64,000 nt of DNA from a virus, in the IMG/VR virus record IMGVR_UViG_3300045988_062804. One strand, given 5' to 3'. The notes below the pieces were generated by a model. It ran no database searches. It was not told where the DNA came from and worked only from the letters and a program-made list of their open reading frames with translations. Below are positions 8,323 through 16,137 of the stretch, piece by piece (positions within the stretch are counted from its first letter, which is position 1; every line of letters starts with the position of its first letter). The position numbers were made by a program, and so were the translations under genes.

Positions 8323-8396
8323 GCGGGTATAGCTCAATCGGCTAGAGTACCACCTTGCCAAGGTGGAAGTTGTGGGTTCGAATCCCATTACTCGCT
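8323..8396 (+). tRNA. tRNA-Gly(GCC)
   Basis: Acceptor GCGGGTA/TACTCGC, stem CCACC/GGTGG, loop TTGCCAA. Confidence 0.85.
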
Positions 8397-8404
8397 CTTC
8401 TTAT

Positions 8405-8477
8405 GGGCTGATAGTGATAACGGCAAGCACTTCTGCTTTGCACGCAGAGAGTCTGGGTTCGAATCCCAGTCGGTCCA
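8405..8477 (+). tRNA. tRNA-Ala(TGC)
   Basis: Acceptor GGGCTGA/TCGGTCC with G3:U70, loop TTTGCAC, T-arm CTGGG-TTCGAAT-CCCAG. Confidence 0.85.
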
Positions 8478-8488
8478 CTATTTATAAT

Positions 8489-8560
8489 GGTGCATTGGTC
8501 TAATGGTCAGGATACTAGACTGTCTATCTTGGGGTACGAGTTCGATTCTCGTATGCACCG
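8489..8560 (+). tRNA. tRNA-Asp(GTC)
   Basis: Acceptor GGTGCAT/ATGCACC, loop CTGTCTA (one mismatch in the anticodon stem), T-arm ACGAG-TTCGATT-CTCGT. Confidence 0.7.
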
Positions 8561-8817
8561 CATTCTTCCCCAATCTTCCAAAGGGTGAGACGGAAGCGTT
8601 TTGTTGAGGGCATCACGATAGAGAGACCTTAGTATCATGCTAACTTGAAAGCATGGAGAGCATTCGCTAATACGCTCTCGAAAAGATTATTAGTGGAGGT
8701 TAGGTGAACGCTAGCAAAGTAGCCTAATGACAGGAATTTGTAGCATAACAGATGGAAACCAAAGAAGTGAGGATTGAAGTCTTCCTTATGTCTAACTAAA
8801 TTCCTTTTATTTAACAT

Positions 8818-8903
8818 CGCGGATTAGAGAAGTGGTCTATCTCGCCAGTCTCATAAGCTGGAACACTCATAAGGTGTCGCAAGTTCGAATCTTGCATCCG
8901 CAA
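8818..8903 (+). tRNA. class-II-shaped tRNA with CAT anticodon (Met/Ile2-type loop, long extra arm)
   Basis: Acceptor CGCGGAT/ATCCGCA (C1:A72 mismatch), long D-loop, stem CCAGT/GCTGG, loop CTCATAA. Extra arm ACAC-TCATAAG-GTGT, T-arm GCAAG-TTCGAAT-CTTGC. Confidence 0.6.
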
Positions 8904-8918
8904 CTAACTTAATGTATT

Positions 8919-9095
8919 ATGGAAGAGAAATTAGACTTAATTATTCAAAAGTTAGATGAGTTGCTTATATTAGCAAGACGTATTCATAAAGATACAGAGC
9001 CATCTATTGAGAATAATGCATCTGAATATCTTCTAAATGTATTAGGTGATGTTACTGGTGATGTCTTAATGCAAGGCTTAACTGGTAATAGATAA
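8919..9095 (+). CDS. small hypothetical protein (58 aa)
   Basis: ATG ORF MEEKLDLIIQKLDELLILARR... between two tRNAs; below the 60-aa cut-off of the ORF track. Confidence 0.35.
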   Translation: MEEKLDLIIQKLDELLILARRIHKDTEPSIENNASEYLLNVLGDVTGDVLMQGLTGNR

Positions 9096-9103
9096 GAACA
9101 ACG

Positions 9104-9177
<74 letters not shown>

Positions 9178-9266
9178 CTATTACACCAGGCAATGCTAAG
9201 TGGAATACACTTAGGACTGTTGTAGTTACGATAGAGTATGAGGGGTGAAACTCATAACTCACTATA

Positions 9267-9333
9267 AGAAAGCATACAGCAAATCTATTCAAGCATCAAA
9301 CTTTTAATTTGACACCGCTAAGAACTGCTTTCT
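9267..9333 (+). ncRNA. ACAGCAA-box element (small type)
   Basis: AGAAAGCA-T-ACAGCAA ... TGCTTTCT (8-bp terminal helix). Confidence 0.5.
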
Positions 9334-9340
9334 GTTTAAT

Positions 9341-9412
9341 AGGCACATCTTCTAATGGTCAGGAAGCTACCCTGATAAGGTAGTAATCCCAGTTCAATTC
9401 TGGGTGTGCCTA
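9341..9412 (+). tRNA. tRNA-Ile(GAT)
   Basis: Acceptor AGGCACA/TGTGCCT, stem CTACC/GGTAG, loop CTGATAA, T-arm CCCAG-TTCAATT-CTGGG. Confidence 0.85.
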
Positions 9413-9414
9413 CA

Positions 9415-9951
9415 ATGATTACTAATGATACTAAGCTCAAGGTTATACAACTCAAACAATCTGGAATGACCTACAGTCAAATCTCTGAACAGTTAGGGAT
9501 TTCTAAAGGTAGTATATCTACTATAGTAAAGGAGGCAGGCTTAGGAGTAAGTAAACCTGTTGAAATTACCGAGGAGTTGTTAGGTAAGATTCAAGAAAGA
9601 TATAATGAGATTGGTAATATCAAAAAGGTAGCCGAGGAATTTCATATCTCTTATAGACGGCTAGCTAAAATAAAGTCTTTCAGTAGAAAGACAAAGAGTA
9701 ATTATGAATGTGTAAAAGATAGTAGAGTTAGGAAGAAACTAGTACTTGTAGAGTACAAAGGAGGTAAGTGTGAAAGATGTGGGTACAGCAAATGCATTCA
9801 TGCACTGGAGTTCCATCACCTTAACCCTTTGGAGAAAGACTTTAATATTTCTAGTTCCTCTAAACCTATAGAAGAACTAAAGAAGGAAGTTGATAAATGC
9901 CAACTTCTCTGTGCAAACTGTCATAGGGAAGTCCATCAAGAAATAACGTGA
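9415..9951 (+). CDS. HNH homing-type endonuclease with N-terminal HTH
   Basis: GGKCERCGY...LEFHHLNP...DKCQLLCANCHREVH. Start set to the ATG at 9415, because 9406 lies inside tRNA-Ile. Confidence 0.8.
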   Translation: MITNDTKLKVIQLKQSGMTYSQISEQLGISKGSISTIVKEAGLGVSKPVEITEELLGKIQERYNEIGNIKKVAEEFHISYRRLAKIKSFSRKTKSNYECVKDSRVRKKLVLVEYKGGKCERCGYSKCIHALEFHHLNPLEKDFNISSSSKPIEELKKEVDKCQLLCANCHREVHQEIT

Positions 9952-9956
9952 TTTTA

Positions 9957-10026
9957 AGAAGTCTAACAGCAAATTACCAATCCAATATTTGATTTCCAAT
10001 TCAAATTAATGATTATAAAGACTTCT
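9957..10026 (+). ncRNA. ACAGCAA-box element (small type)
   Basis: AGAAGTCT-A-ACAGCAA ... AGACTTCT. Confidence 0.5.
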
Positions 10027-10032
10027 GTCTAT

Positions 10033-10106
10033 AGTCCCTTAGCTCAGCTGGTAAGAGTATCTGGCTTACATCCAGAGGGTCGTAGGTTCGAACCCTACAG
10101 GGACTA
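10033..10106 (+). tRNA. tRNA-Val(TAC)
   Basis: Acceptor AGTCCCT/AGGGACT, stem TCTGG/CCAGA, loop CTTACAT. Confidence 0.85.
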
Positions 10107-10113
10107 CAGTAAT

Positions 10114-10197
10114 GTATGGTTAGCCAAGCGGTCGACGGCAATAGGCTGTTAACCTATCTGAGAAATCACACCGCAGGTTCGAATCCTGCACCATACG
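10114..10197 (+). tRNA. tRNA with GTT anticodon and 15-nt variable region (Asn-type loop on a class-II-like body)
   Basis: Acceptor GTATGGT/ACCATAC, D-arm GCC-AAGCGGTCGAC-GGC, stem ATAGG/CCTAT, loop CTGTTAA, then CTGAGAAATCACACC before T-arm GCAGG-TTCGAAT-CCTGC. Confidence 0.6.
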
Positions 10198-10202
10198 CAA
10201 CT

Positions 10203-10276
10203 GGGTGGTTAGCTTTAATGGTTAGAGCATTGGACTGTTAATCCAAGGGTTGTCGGTTCGAGTCCGACACTGCCCT
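10203..10276 (+). tRNA. tRNA-Asn(GTT)
   Basis: Acceptor GGGTGGT/ACTGCCC, stem TTGGA/TCCAA, loop CTGTTAA. Confidence 0.85.
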
Positions 10277-10361
10277 CAACCTAGCGAGGTTTCACGTACT
10301 AATAATATGTGCACAAAAGAGAACTTCCATGTAGGCTTGTTGTGAAACAGGTCTACTATAT

Positions 10362-10433
10362 GCGTCGGTGGCATGACTGGGAAGCAACGCTCTCCAAAAG
10401 CGTGATATGGGGGTTCGAATCCCTCACGGCGTG
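10362..10433 (+). tRNA. tRNA-Trp(CCA)
   Basis: Stem ACGCT/AGCGT, loop CTCCAAA, T-arm GGGGG-TTCGAAT-CCCTC, acceptor GCGTCGG/ACGGCGT (one mismatch). Confidence 0.75.
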
Positions 10434-10453
10434 CAAGCGATTAGTTATCAATA

Positions 10454-10526
10454 AGAAGACTTCAGCAAACAATTTTAATCAAACATCTGTACCATTTATC
10501 ACGGATATGATAACAAACAGTCTTCT
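10454..10526 (+). ncRNA. ACAGCAA-box element (small type, box variant TCAGCAA)
   Basis: AGAAGACT-TCAGCAA ... AGTCTTCT. Confidence 0.5.
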
Positions 10527-10532
10527 GTAAAT

Positions 10533-10606
10533 TGGGAGGTAGGACAATAGGCTAGTCTACTACATTTGGGATGTAGAGGTTGCGAGTTCGAATCTCGTCC
10601 TCCCAA
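10533..10606 (+). tRNA. tRNA-Pro(TGG)
   Basis: Acceptor TGGGAGG/CCTCCCA, stem CTACA/TGTAG, loop TTTGGGA. Confidence 0.85.
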
Positions 10607-10629
10607 CACATTTATGGTTAAGTTAAATA

Positions 10630-10781
10630 AGAATACTTACAGCAAACAACTAAGCAATTCAAACAAACAGTAAATTTGTCTTAAACGTAGGTTCGATTCC
10701 TGCCCTTCCCACCATTGTGTGACTATTTAAATGGGAAGGTTGAAATGTTGGGTAGTCCGAAAGGGCGAAAAGAAGTATTCT
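10630..10781 (+). ncRNA. permuted tRNA-like module U2 with ACAGCAA box
   Basis: AGAATACTT-ACAGCAA ... GTAGG-TTCGATT-CCTGC-CCTTCCC-A-CCA, an 18-nt loop, then GGGAAGG ... GTCC-GAAA-GGGC ... AAGTATTCT. The D-arm is degenerate. Confidence 0.5.
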
Positions 10782-10784
10782 GAT

Positions 10785-10868
10785 TTAATTAAATAGTAGC
10801 CAGACACACGTTCAAAAGATAATTTTTATCCAGAGAGAGAAATGGTGATAAAGCTACTATTTAATTAA
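10785..10868 (+). repeat. 16-bp perfect inverted repeat (long hairpin)
   Basis: TTAATTAAATAGTAGC (10785-10800) pairs with GCTACTATTTAATTAA (10853-10868); 52-nt loop. Confidence 0.7.
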
Positions 10869-10874
10869 TTAAAT

Positions 10875-10947
10875 GGGGAGGTAGCATAATTGGCTAATGC
10901 ACCGCATTTGCACTGCGGATTATTGGGTTCGAGTCCCACCTGCTCCA
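10875..10947 (+). tRNA. tRNA-Ala(TGC)
   Basis: Acceptor GGGGAGG/CTGCTCC with G3:U70 and an A5:G68 mismatch, stem CCGCA/TGCGG, loop TTTGCAC. Confidence 0.75.
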
Positions 10948-11034
10948 CGAATCTTTAAGATTCACACTTCAACAACTCTTTGTTCAAATTAGACCCAGAT
11001 AGAGAAACATAAATGCACGTAAAGTAGTGTTTAT

Positions 11035-11105
11035 GTAGGGTTGCCCGAGCGGTTAGGGGCTGGTCTGCAAAACCAGTTAGAACGGTTCGATTCCGTTACC
11101 CTACT
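11035..11105 (+). tRNA. tRNA-Cys(GCA)
   Basis: Acceptor GTAGGGT/ACCCTAC, stem CTGGT/ACCAG, loop CTGCAAA. Confidence 0.85.
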
Positions 11106-11125
11106 CTATTTTGAGTTTAACAACA

Positions 11126-11245
11126 AGAAACCTTACAGCAATACCTATTCAGCTTTGTAAGCCGTAGGTCATGGGTTCAAGTCCCATAGGTGGATACGTC
11201 CATCTTAGCTCAGTTGGATAGAGCAACGTATTTAAAATGGTTTCT
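11126..11245 (+). ncRNA. permuted tRNA-like module U3 with ACAGCAA box
   Basis: AGAAACC-TT-ACAGCAA ... ATGGG-TTCAAGT-CCCAT-AGGTGGA-tacg-TCCATCT-TA-GCTC-AGTTGGATA-GAGC-A-ACGTA-TTTAAAA ... GGTTTCT. The acceptor is closed by a UACG tetraloop. Confidence 0.6.
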
Positions 11246-11285
11246 GAACCCACATCTATTGTTAATACAGTAATGTGGGTTATTT

Positions 11286-11358
11286 CACCCTATAGCTTAA
11301 TTGGCAAAGCCTTGCACTTTTAATGCAGAGAGTCCGAGTTCGAGTCTCGGTGGGGTGA
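11286..11358 (+). tRNA. tRNA-Lys(TTT)
   Basis: Acceptor CACCCTA/TGGGGTG, stem TTGCA/TGCAG, loop CTTTTAA. Confidence 0.85.
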
Positions 11359-11392
11359 CAAAGGTGCTCATAACACCTCCTTTCCTACTGTA

Positions 11393-11609
11393 AGAGGACA
11401 TACAGCAAAGTATTTCTAACACTACTATTGATTTGACGGTTGCCTTCCGAAGTATTCCCGTAAGGGTGCAGGTAAGGCTAGAGTAGGACGCTTGAAGTAA
11501 ATGTACTATGCTATGAGAATTAGCCCTGACTATGCTAGGTTAAAGTATAGTGTCTAATCATTCTAAATTGGGAGAGTGAAAGACATTAAATGTAAAACCC
11601 TTGTCCTCT
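11393..11609 (+). ncRNA. ACAGCAA-box element (217 nt, no tRNA-like part)
   Basis: AGAGGACA-T-ACAGCAA ... TGTCCTCT. Interior hairpins include CCC-GTAA-GGG. Confidence 0.5.
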
Positions 11610-11704
11610 GTTAAACCTATCCATCGAATTTCCGTATCTGGAGTTTTGGATAGGTTTATTTAACTAACAAGATTGACATATTTATTCAGTAACACTATCT
11701 TATT

Positions 11705-11809
11705 ATGAAGGCAATTAGACTGATTAAGAAGGCTGTTAAGTGGTATCTTGATAGGACTGCAAATTCCTACATTTACCCTACTGGAACTTTCCCTATTATA
11801 AAGGAGTAA
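11705..11809 (+). CDS. possible micro-ORF (34 aa)
   Basis: MKAIRLIKKAVKWYLDRTANSYIYPTGTFPIIKE. A TTGACA-N17-TATCTT-like box lies upstream; weak. Confidence 0.2.
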   Translation: MKAIRLIKKAVKWYLDRTANSYIYPTGTFPIIKE

Positions 11810-11851
11810 GTTCCTATGCTGCTGAGGTGAATATGTAAATCAATAACTTAT

Positions 11852-11943
11852 GGAAGAGTAAGCCTAATTGGTAAGGCAGTAGTCTTGAAAACTACCAGTA
11901 ATCGTGTAAAAGCGATGTCTCGGTTCGAGTCCGAGTTCTTCCT
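11852..11943 (+). tRNA. tRNA-Ser(TGA)
   Basis: Acceptor GGAAGAG/TTCTTCC, stem GTAGT/ACTAC, loop CTTGAAA, long variable arm. Confidence 0.85.
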
Positions 11944-11965
11944 CAATTATTAATAACAAAGTATT

Positions 11966-12277
11966 ATGACAGGAAGATTTAGACCAGTTAACAAGATTAG
12001 TAGACACAAGATGTCCTTATTATGGGACAGAGCATTAGTGTATTTCTATAAGGAACACGCTGTGGTTAGAGCCGTACAAGATGGCTTTACTGATGATAAC
12101 AACCAAACATTATTAAAGAGATTTCAGTATCTTGAATCACTTATAATGAATGGGCGCTTTAAGAAGATGCCTCGTAAAATGAAGAAGGCATTTATAAGAG
12201 AACTATCAGCAAGGTATAACCTTTGCTTGATTGTATTACAACATTGGGATGATTTTAAAGCATTAGAAACAACATGA
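11966..12277 (+). CDS. hypothetical protein (103 aa)
   Basis: ORF directly after tRNA-Ser; basic. Confidence 0.5.
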   Translation: MTGRFRPVNKISRHKMSLLWDRALVYFYKEHAVVRAVQDGFTDDNNQTLLKRFQYLESLIMNGRFKKMPRKMKKAFIRELSARYNLCLIVLQHWDDFKALETT

Positions 12278-12429
12278 TAGAATCAATTATAGCAGACATA
12301 GTATTTGATTGGACTTTCCTTAACCCTTTAATTGAAAGAGACGATGGAAAGAAAGAATCAAATGAAGTGGACGAATCCACGCAACAAGTATTGGCGCAGG
12401 CAGAAATTGGTCCAGAAGTATATTACTAG
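12274..12429 (+). CDS. possible small acidic protein (51 aa)
   Basis: ATGA-coupled to the upstream stop; partly overlaps 12344..12604 in another frame, so one of the two may be spurious. Confidence 0.3.
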   Translation: MIESIIADIVFDWTFLNPLIERDDGKKESNEVDESTQQVLAQAEIGPEVYY

Positions 12430-12604
12430 ATTAAAGAAGTTTCCTGCTAGTAATTATGGATTATGGTGTGATAACTATAATCAACACTGGACATTACCTT
12501 ATAAATCAACAAGTACTCCATGTAGTTGTTGGTTATGTAAGGGAGAACGATATAACAGACGAGGGTTTAAAAAGGAAACTAGACTTGAAATAGAAATGTT
12601 TTAA
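12344..12604 (+). CDS. hypothetical basic W/R-rich protein
   Basis: ATG at 12344 (the ORF track starts at TTG 12332); KWTNPRNKYWRRQKLVQKYITRLKK. Confidence 0.45.
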   Translation: MERKNQMKWTNPRNKYWRRQKLVQKYITRLKKFPASNYGLWCDNYNQHWTLPYKSTSTPCSCWLCKGERYNRRGFKKETRLEIEMF

Positions 12605-12619
12605 GTTATTTAATTTATA

Positions 12620-12761
12620 AGAAGTCTTACAGCAATAACATTAGCAATTCGATTCTGGTTCGACTAGCCTGGGTTCGAATCCCAGCAACCTCCCAATTAT
12701 TAGTACTATATGGAGGTTGTAGTGTAGCGGATAGCACAGTATATGCAAACAAATGACTTCT
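12620..12761 (+). ncRNA. permuted tRNA-like module U5 with ACAGCAA box
   Basis: AGAAGTC-TT-ACAGCAA ... CTGGG-TTCGAAT-CCCAG-CAACCTC, a 20-nt loop, then GAGGTTG-TA-GTGT-AGCGGATA-GCAC ... GACTTCT. Confidence 0.6.
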
Positions 12762-12767
12762 GGTGAT

Positions 12768-12839
12768 GCCTCAATAGCTCAACGGATAGAGCGTCGGTCT
12801 TCTAAACCGAACATCTAGGTTCGATTCCTAGTTGGGGTA
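12768..12839 (+). tRNA. tRNA-Arg(TCT)
   Basis: Acceptor GCCTCAA/TTGGGGT, stem TCGGT/ACCGA, loop CTTCTAA. Confidence 0.8.
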
Positions 12840-13062
12840 CTAACTTGGCAAGGTTGGGATTAATCAGACCCAAGTACCCAATTCCATACACCGAAAGGTT
12901 AAAATGGGGAAGTGGTTCTAAGTATGGATAGTTAATGGTTAATCCTTTTAGCATTAGACTAAGGTTGTGGTAGGGGTAGTGCCTTATGTGGATGAGGTCG
13001 TACCTTATTGGTGATGCATCACTAATCATAAATGGAAGTGGGTACGAGTGTAGGTCTAACAT

Positions 13063-13135
13063 GGTGTTTATAGTTCAACGGTTAGAATAACTGATTGTGG
13101 TTCAGTAGATGTGGTTTCGACTACCACTAAACACC
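13063..13135 (+). tRNA. tRNA-His(GTG)
   Basis: Encoded G-1 opposite C73, acceptor GTGTTTA/TAAACAC, stem ACTGA/TCAGT, loop TTGTGGT. Confidence 0.85.
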
Positions 13136-13233
13136 CTTATGGCAGTAGGTTTTTTTAAAATAAAATCTTCCTGTTTGTTTACTATTGCCTTAACGTGGTT
13201 TAGAAGGATTGCACGAAAATAAATCCTTCCTCT

Positions 13234-13305
13234 GGGGCGGTAGCTCAATGGTAGAGCGCAGGTCTGAAGAGCCTGGCGTTGGAGGTTCGATTCCTCCTCG
13301 CCCCA
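13234..13305 (+). tRNA. tRNA-Phe(GAA)
   Basis: Acceptor GGGGCGG/TCGCCCC, stem CAGGT/GCCTG, loop CTGAAGA. Confidence 0.85.
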
Positions 13306-13320
13306 CGTCGATTAGTAGAC

Positions 13321-13447
13321 GAGAACTAACAGCAATTCTAAAGTTTTGCATTCCAAGCAGTGGGTCTGAGGTTCGAGTCCTCACGTTAGCTTAGGCTAAT
13401 GTAGCTCAGTGGTTTAGAGCAACAGCGTTAAAACAAAGATGGTTCTC
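13321..13447 (+). ncRNA. permuted tRNA-like module U7 with ACAGCAA box
   Basis: GAGAAC-TA-ACAGCAA ... GCAGT-gggtc-TGAGG-TTCGAGT-CCTCA-CGTTAGC-ttag-GCTAATG-TA-GCTC-AGTGGTTTA-GAGC-A-ACAGC-GTTAAAA ... GTTCTC. Confidence 0.6.
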
Positions 13448-13486
13448 AGCTGTTTTACAGAGTTACAGGTTAAAGAAACTCTGTAT

Positions 13487-13574
13487 GGAGAGTTGGGTGA
13501 GTGGTCTATACCAGAGTCCTGCTAAGACTCCGAACCCCAAAAGGGTTCCGCTGGTTCGAATCCAGCACTCTCCG
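13487..13574 (+). tRNA. tRNA-Ser(GCT)
   Basis: Acceptor GGAGAGT/ACTCTCC, stem GAGTC/GACTC, loop CTGCTAA, long variable arm. Confidence 0.85.
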
Positions 13575-13612
13575 CAAGTATATTTGGAATTTTTGTATAA
13601 TAATGATTAATT

Positions 13613-13951
13613 ATGATTACTATGACAAAGATTCAGCCTATAAATCCTAATGAAATAATCAGTGAGAAAGTAAAGGTCATACCAGACCAAGTTATTAGGG
13701 TTTTTAATGAACTGATTGCAAGAAACTGGAACAACGACAAGTCAATAGTGTTTACTAATGAAGCTGTTGAGTTTATAAAGTTTCTGACTGGTGCCAGTAA
13801 GGATACTATCATACAAAACCATTGGTTAGATGTAGAGCCTCTCTACAGAGATAATGGATATGAAGTAACTTACCATGAGTCCCAGGGTAATGAATCCTTC
13901 CCCTCATATTATGAGTTTAGGAAGAAGTCTCTAAATGCTGGGTTCGAATAA
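13613..13951 (+). CDS. hypothetical protein (112 aa)
   Basis: ATG ORF; its last 15 nt overlap tRNA-Glu(TTC). Confidence 0.5.
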   Translation: MITMTKIQPINPNEIISEKVKVIPDQVIRVFNELIARNWNNDKSIVFTNEAVEFIKFLTGASKDTIIQNHWLDVEPLYRDNGYEVTYHESQGNESFPSYYEFRKKSLNAGFE

Positions 13952-14008
13952 CGGCTAGTTCCTCACACTTTCGATGTGAAGATAGGGGTTCGATTCCCCT
14001 ACCCAGTA
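13937..14008 (+). tRNA. tRNA-Glu(TTC)
   Basis: Acceptor GCTGGGT/ACCCAGT, D-arm GAAT/GTTC, stem TCACA/TGTGA, loop CTTTCGA, T-arm AGGGG-TTCGATT-CCCCT. Confidence 0.8.
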
Positions 14009-14191
14009 CCTTGTAGTCCTCCTTAATCCTTAATAGGATAGTTAGGCTACACTGTGAACGAACAGAGGAGAGGAGTTCACACGTTGGCTAGCAACGTAGT
14101 ACACAATGGTGGGATAGGAACGGCTAGCACCCACCTTAACTGTTCTTATAATACTAGTTAAATTCCGACGGGGAGTTAGAACAGTTAAAAT

Positions 14192-14263
14192 ACTCCTATC
14201 TACTAATGGTTAGGTAATCGGTCTCTCAAGCCGAAAATACGGGTTCGAATCCCGTTGGGAGTA
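14192..14263 (+). tRNA. tRNA-Glu(CTC)
   Basis: Acceptor ACTCCTA/TGGGAGT, stem TCGGT/GCCGA, loop CTCTCAA. Confidence 0.8.
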
Positions 14264-14302
14264 CGCGATAATGGGTTCCATTATTAGCAATCATCTTAAT
14301 AG

Positions 14303-14330
14303 AACTACCCGTTCGTGAGAATAGGTAGTT
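14303..14330 (+). repeat. conserved GNRA-capped hairpin (copy d, covarying variant)
   Basis: AACTACC-c-GTTC-GTGA-GAAT-a-GGTAGTT, upstream of tRNA-Asp. Confidence 0.55.
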
Positions 14331-14334
14331 AATC

Positions 14335-14404
14335 GAGGGCGTAGTGTAATGGTTAGCACGCCTCCCTGTCACGGAGGTAGAGGGGTTCGAATCCCACGTT
14401 CTCG
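14335..14404 (+). tRNA. tRNA-Asp(GTC), shortened T-stem
   Basis: Acceptor GAGGGCG/CGTTCTC, stem CCTCC/GGAGG, loop CTGTCAC. The T-stem seems 1 nt short. Confidence 0.65.
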
Positions 14405-14433
14405 GCTAAACATAGTAAAAATCACTTATTACA

Positions 14434-14573
14434 AGAAGACTTACAGCAAACCAATTCTAAAATTCAATCGGTAAAATGAAAGACGTAGGGTTCGAATCCC
14501 TACCTATACCGCCAAAGTCCTGATGGGTATAGTCGTCTAGTGGTAGGATGTATTAGAAACAGGCTAGTCTTCT
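14434..14573 (+). ncRNA. permuted tRNA-like module U10 with ACAGCAA box
   Basis: AGAAGACT-T-ACAGCAA ... GTAGGG-TTCGAAT-CCCTAC-CTATACC, a 15-nt loop, then GGTATAG-TC-GTC-TAGTGGTAG-GAT ... AGTCTTCT. Confidence 0.6.
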
Positions 14574-14603
14574 GAGCGTACATCTAAGTATGTACGCTAA
14601 TTC

Positions 14604-14686
14604 GCCGTCTTCGCATAGTGGTCGATTGCACCTGACTTGTAATCAGGTTCCGCAAGGACACGTCCGTTCGAATCGGACAGGCGGCT
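14604..14686 (+). tRNA. class-II-shaped tRNA with TGT anticodon (only Thr decoder seen)
   Basis: Acceptor GCCGTCT/AGGCGGC, D-arm GCA-TAGTGGTCGAT-TGC, stem CCTGA/TCAGG, loop CTTGTAA. Extra arm TCC-GCAA-GGA, T-arm GTCCG-TTCGAAT-CGGAC. Confidence 0.65.
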
Positions 14687-14691
14687 CAAAT

Positions 14692-14730
14692 AGTCCTATT
14701 GTTAGTAATAACAGTGGGACTTATTCTTTC
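14692..14730 (+). terminator. 13-bp hairpin with GUAA tetraloop closing the tRNA island (possible terminator)
   Basis: AGTCCTATTGTTA-GTAA-TAACAGTGGGACT followed by TATTCTTTC. Confidence 0.4.
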
Positions 14731-14798
14731 TAAACAACAAGATTCTCAGTTAGTACTACAAAGATTAGCATTTGCAAATGTTTTATGTAAAATGATTT

Positions 14799-15176
14799 AT
14801 GAGTAGCTTTAAAGACGGATTGAGAAGAAGTGGTCAGAGTGTATTGGATGCAAGGGCACAGAACTTGTATGAAATGACTAAAATTGAAGAGGAACGCTTC
14901 ATTCAGGAATGTAAGATGAAAGTTCTTCGTATCAAGAATGAGTTGAACAAACACAGAGACCTATCTGTAAAGTCCACTACTTCGTTAGAGGTTGGTAATG
15001 GCTTTGACCCGAAGGCTTGGGTAGCTAAAAGACATCAATTGGAACGTGACCTAAGAGTTGCTAACATTGAGTATGCTTTGGCTCTTAAAGTTGACGGAGA
15101 AGAGTTTCCAGCTGACGAAACTGAGGAACAAATTAACGTAGCAGCAGTGCTAGAAGAGGATGCTAAATTGAATTAA
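14799..15176 (+). CDS. hypothetical protein (125 aa, coiled-coil-like)
   Basis: ORF preceding the vWA gene; no motif recognised. Confidence 0.55.
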   Translation: MSSFKDGLRRSGQSVLDARAQNLYEMTKIEEERFIQECKMKVLRIKNELNKHRDLSVKSTTSLEVGNGFDPKAWVAKRHQLERDLRVANIEYALALKVDGEEFPADETEEQINVAAVLEEDAKLN

Positions 15177-15179
15177 TCT

Positions 15180-16127
15180 ATGGGAAGTGGAAGTTATTCT
15201 TTTGCAGCTTATTCTTGCTTATCTAGTGATAGAGGATATGCAACTAAGTCAGCTGATGCTGTCTTTAAGAATCATTCTTTATCAGCTAAATCAGACATTA
15301 AATTGTCTAATGTAAACGCAAGAAGCTTTAATACACAGATTAAACCTGAAATGGTTGATACTGGTGTTAGAGAGAGTAGAGATAGCAGTGAACACCCAGA
15401 GATTACTCCGATTATCATTGCTCTTGATGTTACTGGTTCAATGCGTAGAACACCTCATGAAATGATTAAGGATAACTTCCCTAAACTCATGGATGCTCTA
15501 ATGCAACTGGGAGTCAAAGACCCGCAGCTGTTATTTATGGCAGTGGGTGACCATGAATATGACCGCTATCCAATTCAAGTTGGACAGTTTGAGTCTGATA
15601 CTGAGAAAATTGTAAATTCACTAGAAGAGTTTGTACTCGAAGGTGGAGGTGGTGGTAATGCTGGCGAAAGCTACTTGCTAGCACATATAATTGCTGGGTA
15701 TCACACTGAAACAGATTCATGGTTTAAGAGACACAAGAAAGGTTACTTATTCACCATTGGTGATGAACCTAACTTGCGTAACATCAGTGGACATGCTTTA
15801 GAAGATTTCTTAGGCTATCAACATCCTGCTAATCCTATTAGTGCGGATGAAGCTGTTAAGAAGGCTCAAGAGCAATATAATGTCTATCATATTCACGTTA
15901 CTAATGGTAGCTATGGTACAAGAATCGCTCCAGGTTGGAAGGATTTACTTGGACAGAATGTATTAACTTGTGATTCACACGATGTTCACAATGTTATTGC
16001 AGAAGCTATCAAGCAACACGAAGACCTTACTGGAATACCTTATGAGGCACAGGCAGTGGTTGATATCCCTGCTTACACTCCTAATAGTACCAGTGCAGGT
16101 AAAGAAAACGGAACTTATACCTATTAA
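15180..16127 (+). CDS. vWA domain protein (MIDAS)
   Basis: IIIALDVTGSMRRTP, a DxTGS MIDAS motif. Confidence 0.7.
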   Translation: MGSGSYSFAAYSCLSSDRGYATKSADAVFKNHSLSAKSDIKLSNVNARSFNTQIKPEMVDTGVRESRDSSEHPEITPIIIALDVTGSMRRTPHEMIKDNFPKLMDALMQLGVKDPQLLFMAVGDHEYDRYPIQVGQFESDTEKIVNSLEEFVLEGGGGGNAGESYLLAHIIAGYHTETDSWFKRHKKGYLFTIGDEPNLRNISGHALEDFLGYQHPANPISADEAVKKAQEQYNVYHIHVTNGSYGTRIAPGWKDLLGQNVLTCDSHDVHNVIAEAIKQHEDLTGIPYEAQAVVDIPAYTPNSTSAGKENGTYTY

Positions 16128-16137
16128 TAGTAGATGA

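Noticed and set aside
11126-13447. Suppressor tRNAs or an alternative genetic code, prompted by loops such as TTTAAAA and GTTAAAA, which can be read as UUA or UAA anticodons.
   Set aside because: ORFs across the window terminate cleanly at TAA, TGA and TAG, with the next gene starting within a few nt. The standard code 11 explains the gene map. The heptamers sit in open, non-loop contexts.
13937-13951. A T-loop-like GGGTTCGAAT inside the end of ORF 13613..13951 as a separate tRNA fragment.
   Set aside because: It is the acceptor/D-arm region of the complete tRNA-Glu(TTC) at 13937-14008, which simply overlaps the ORF stop by 15 nt.
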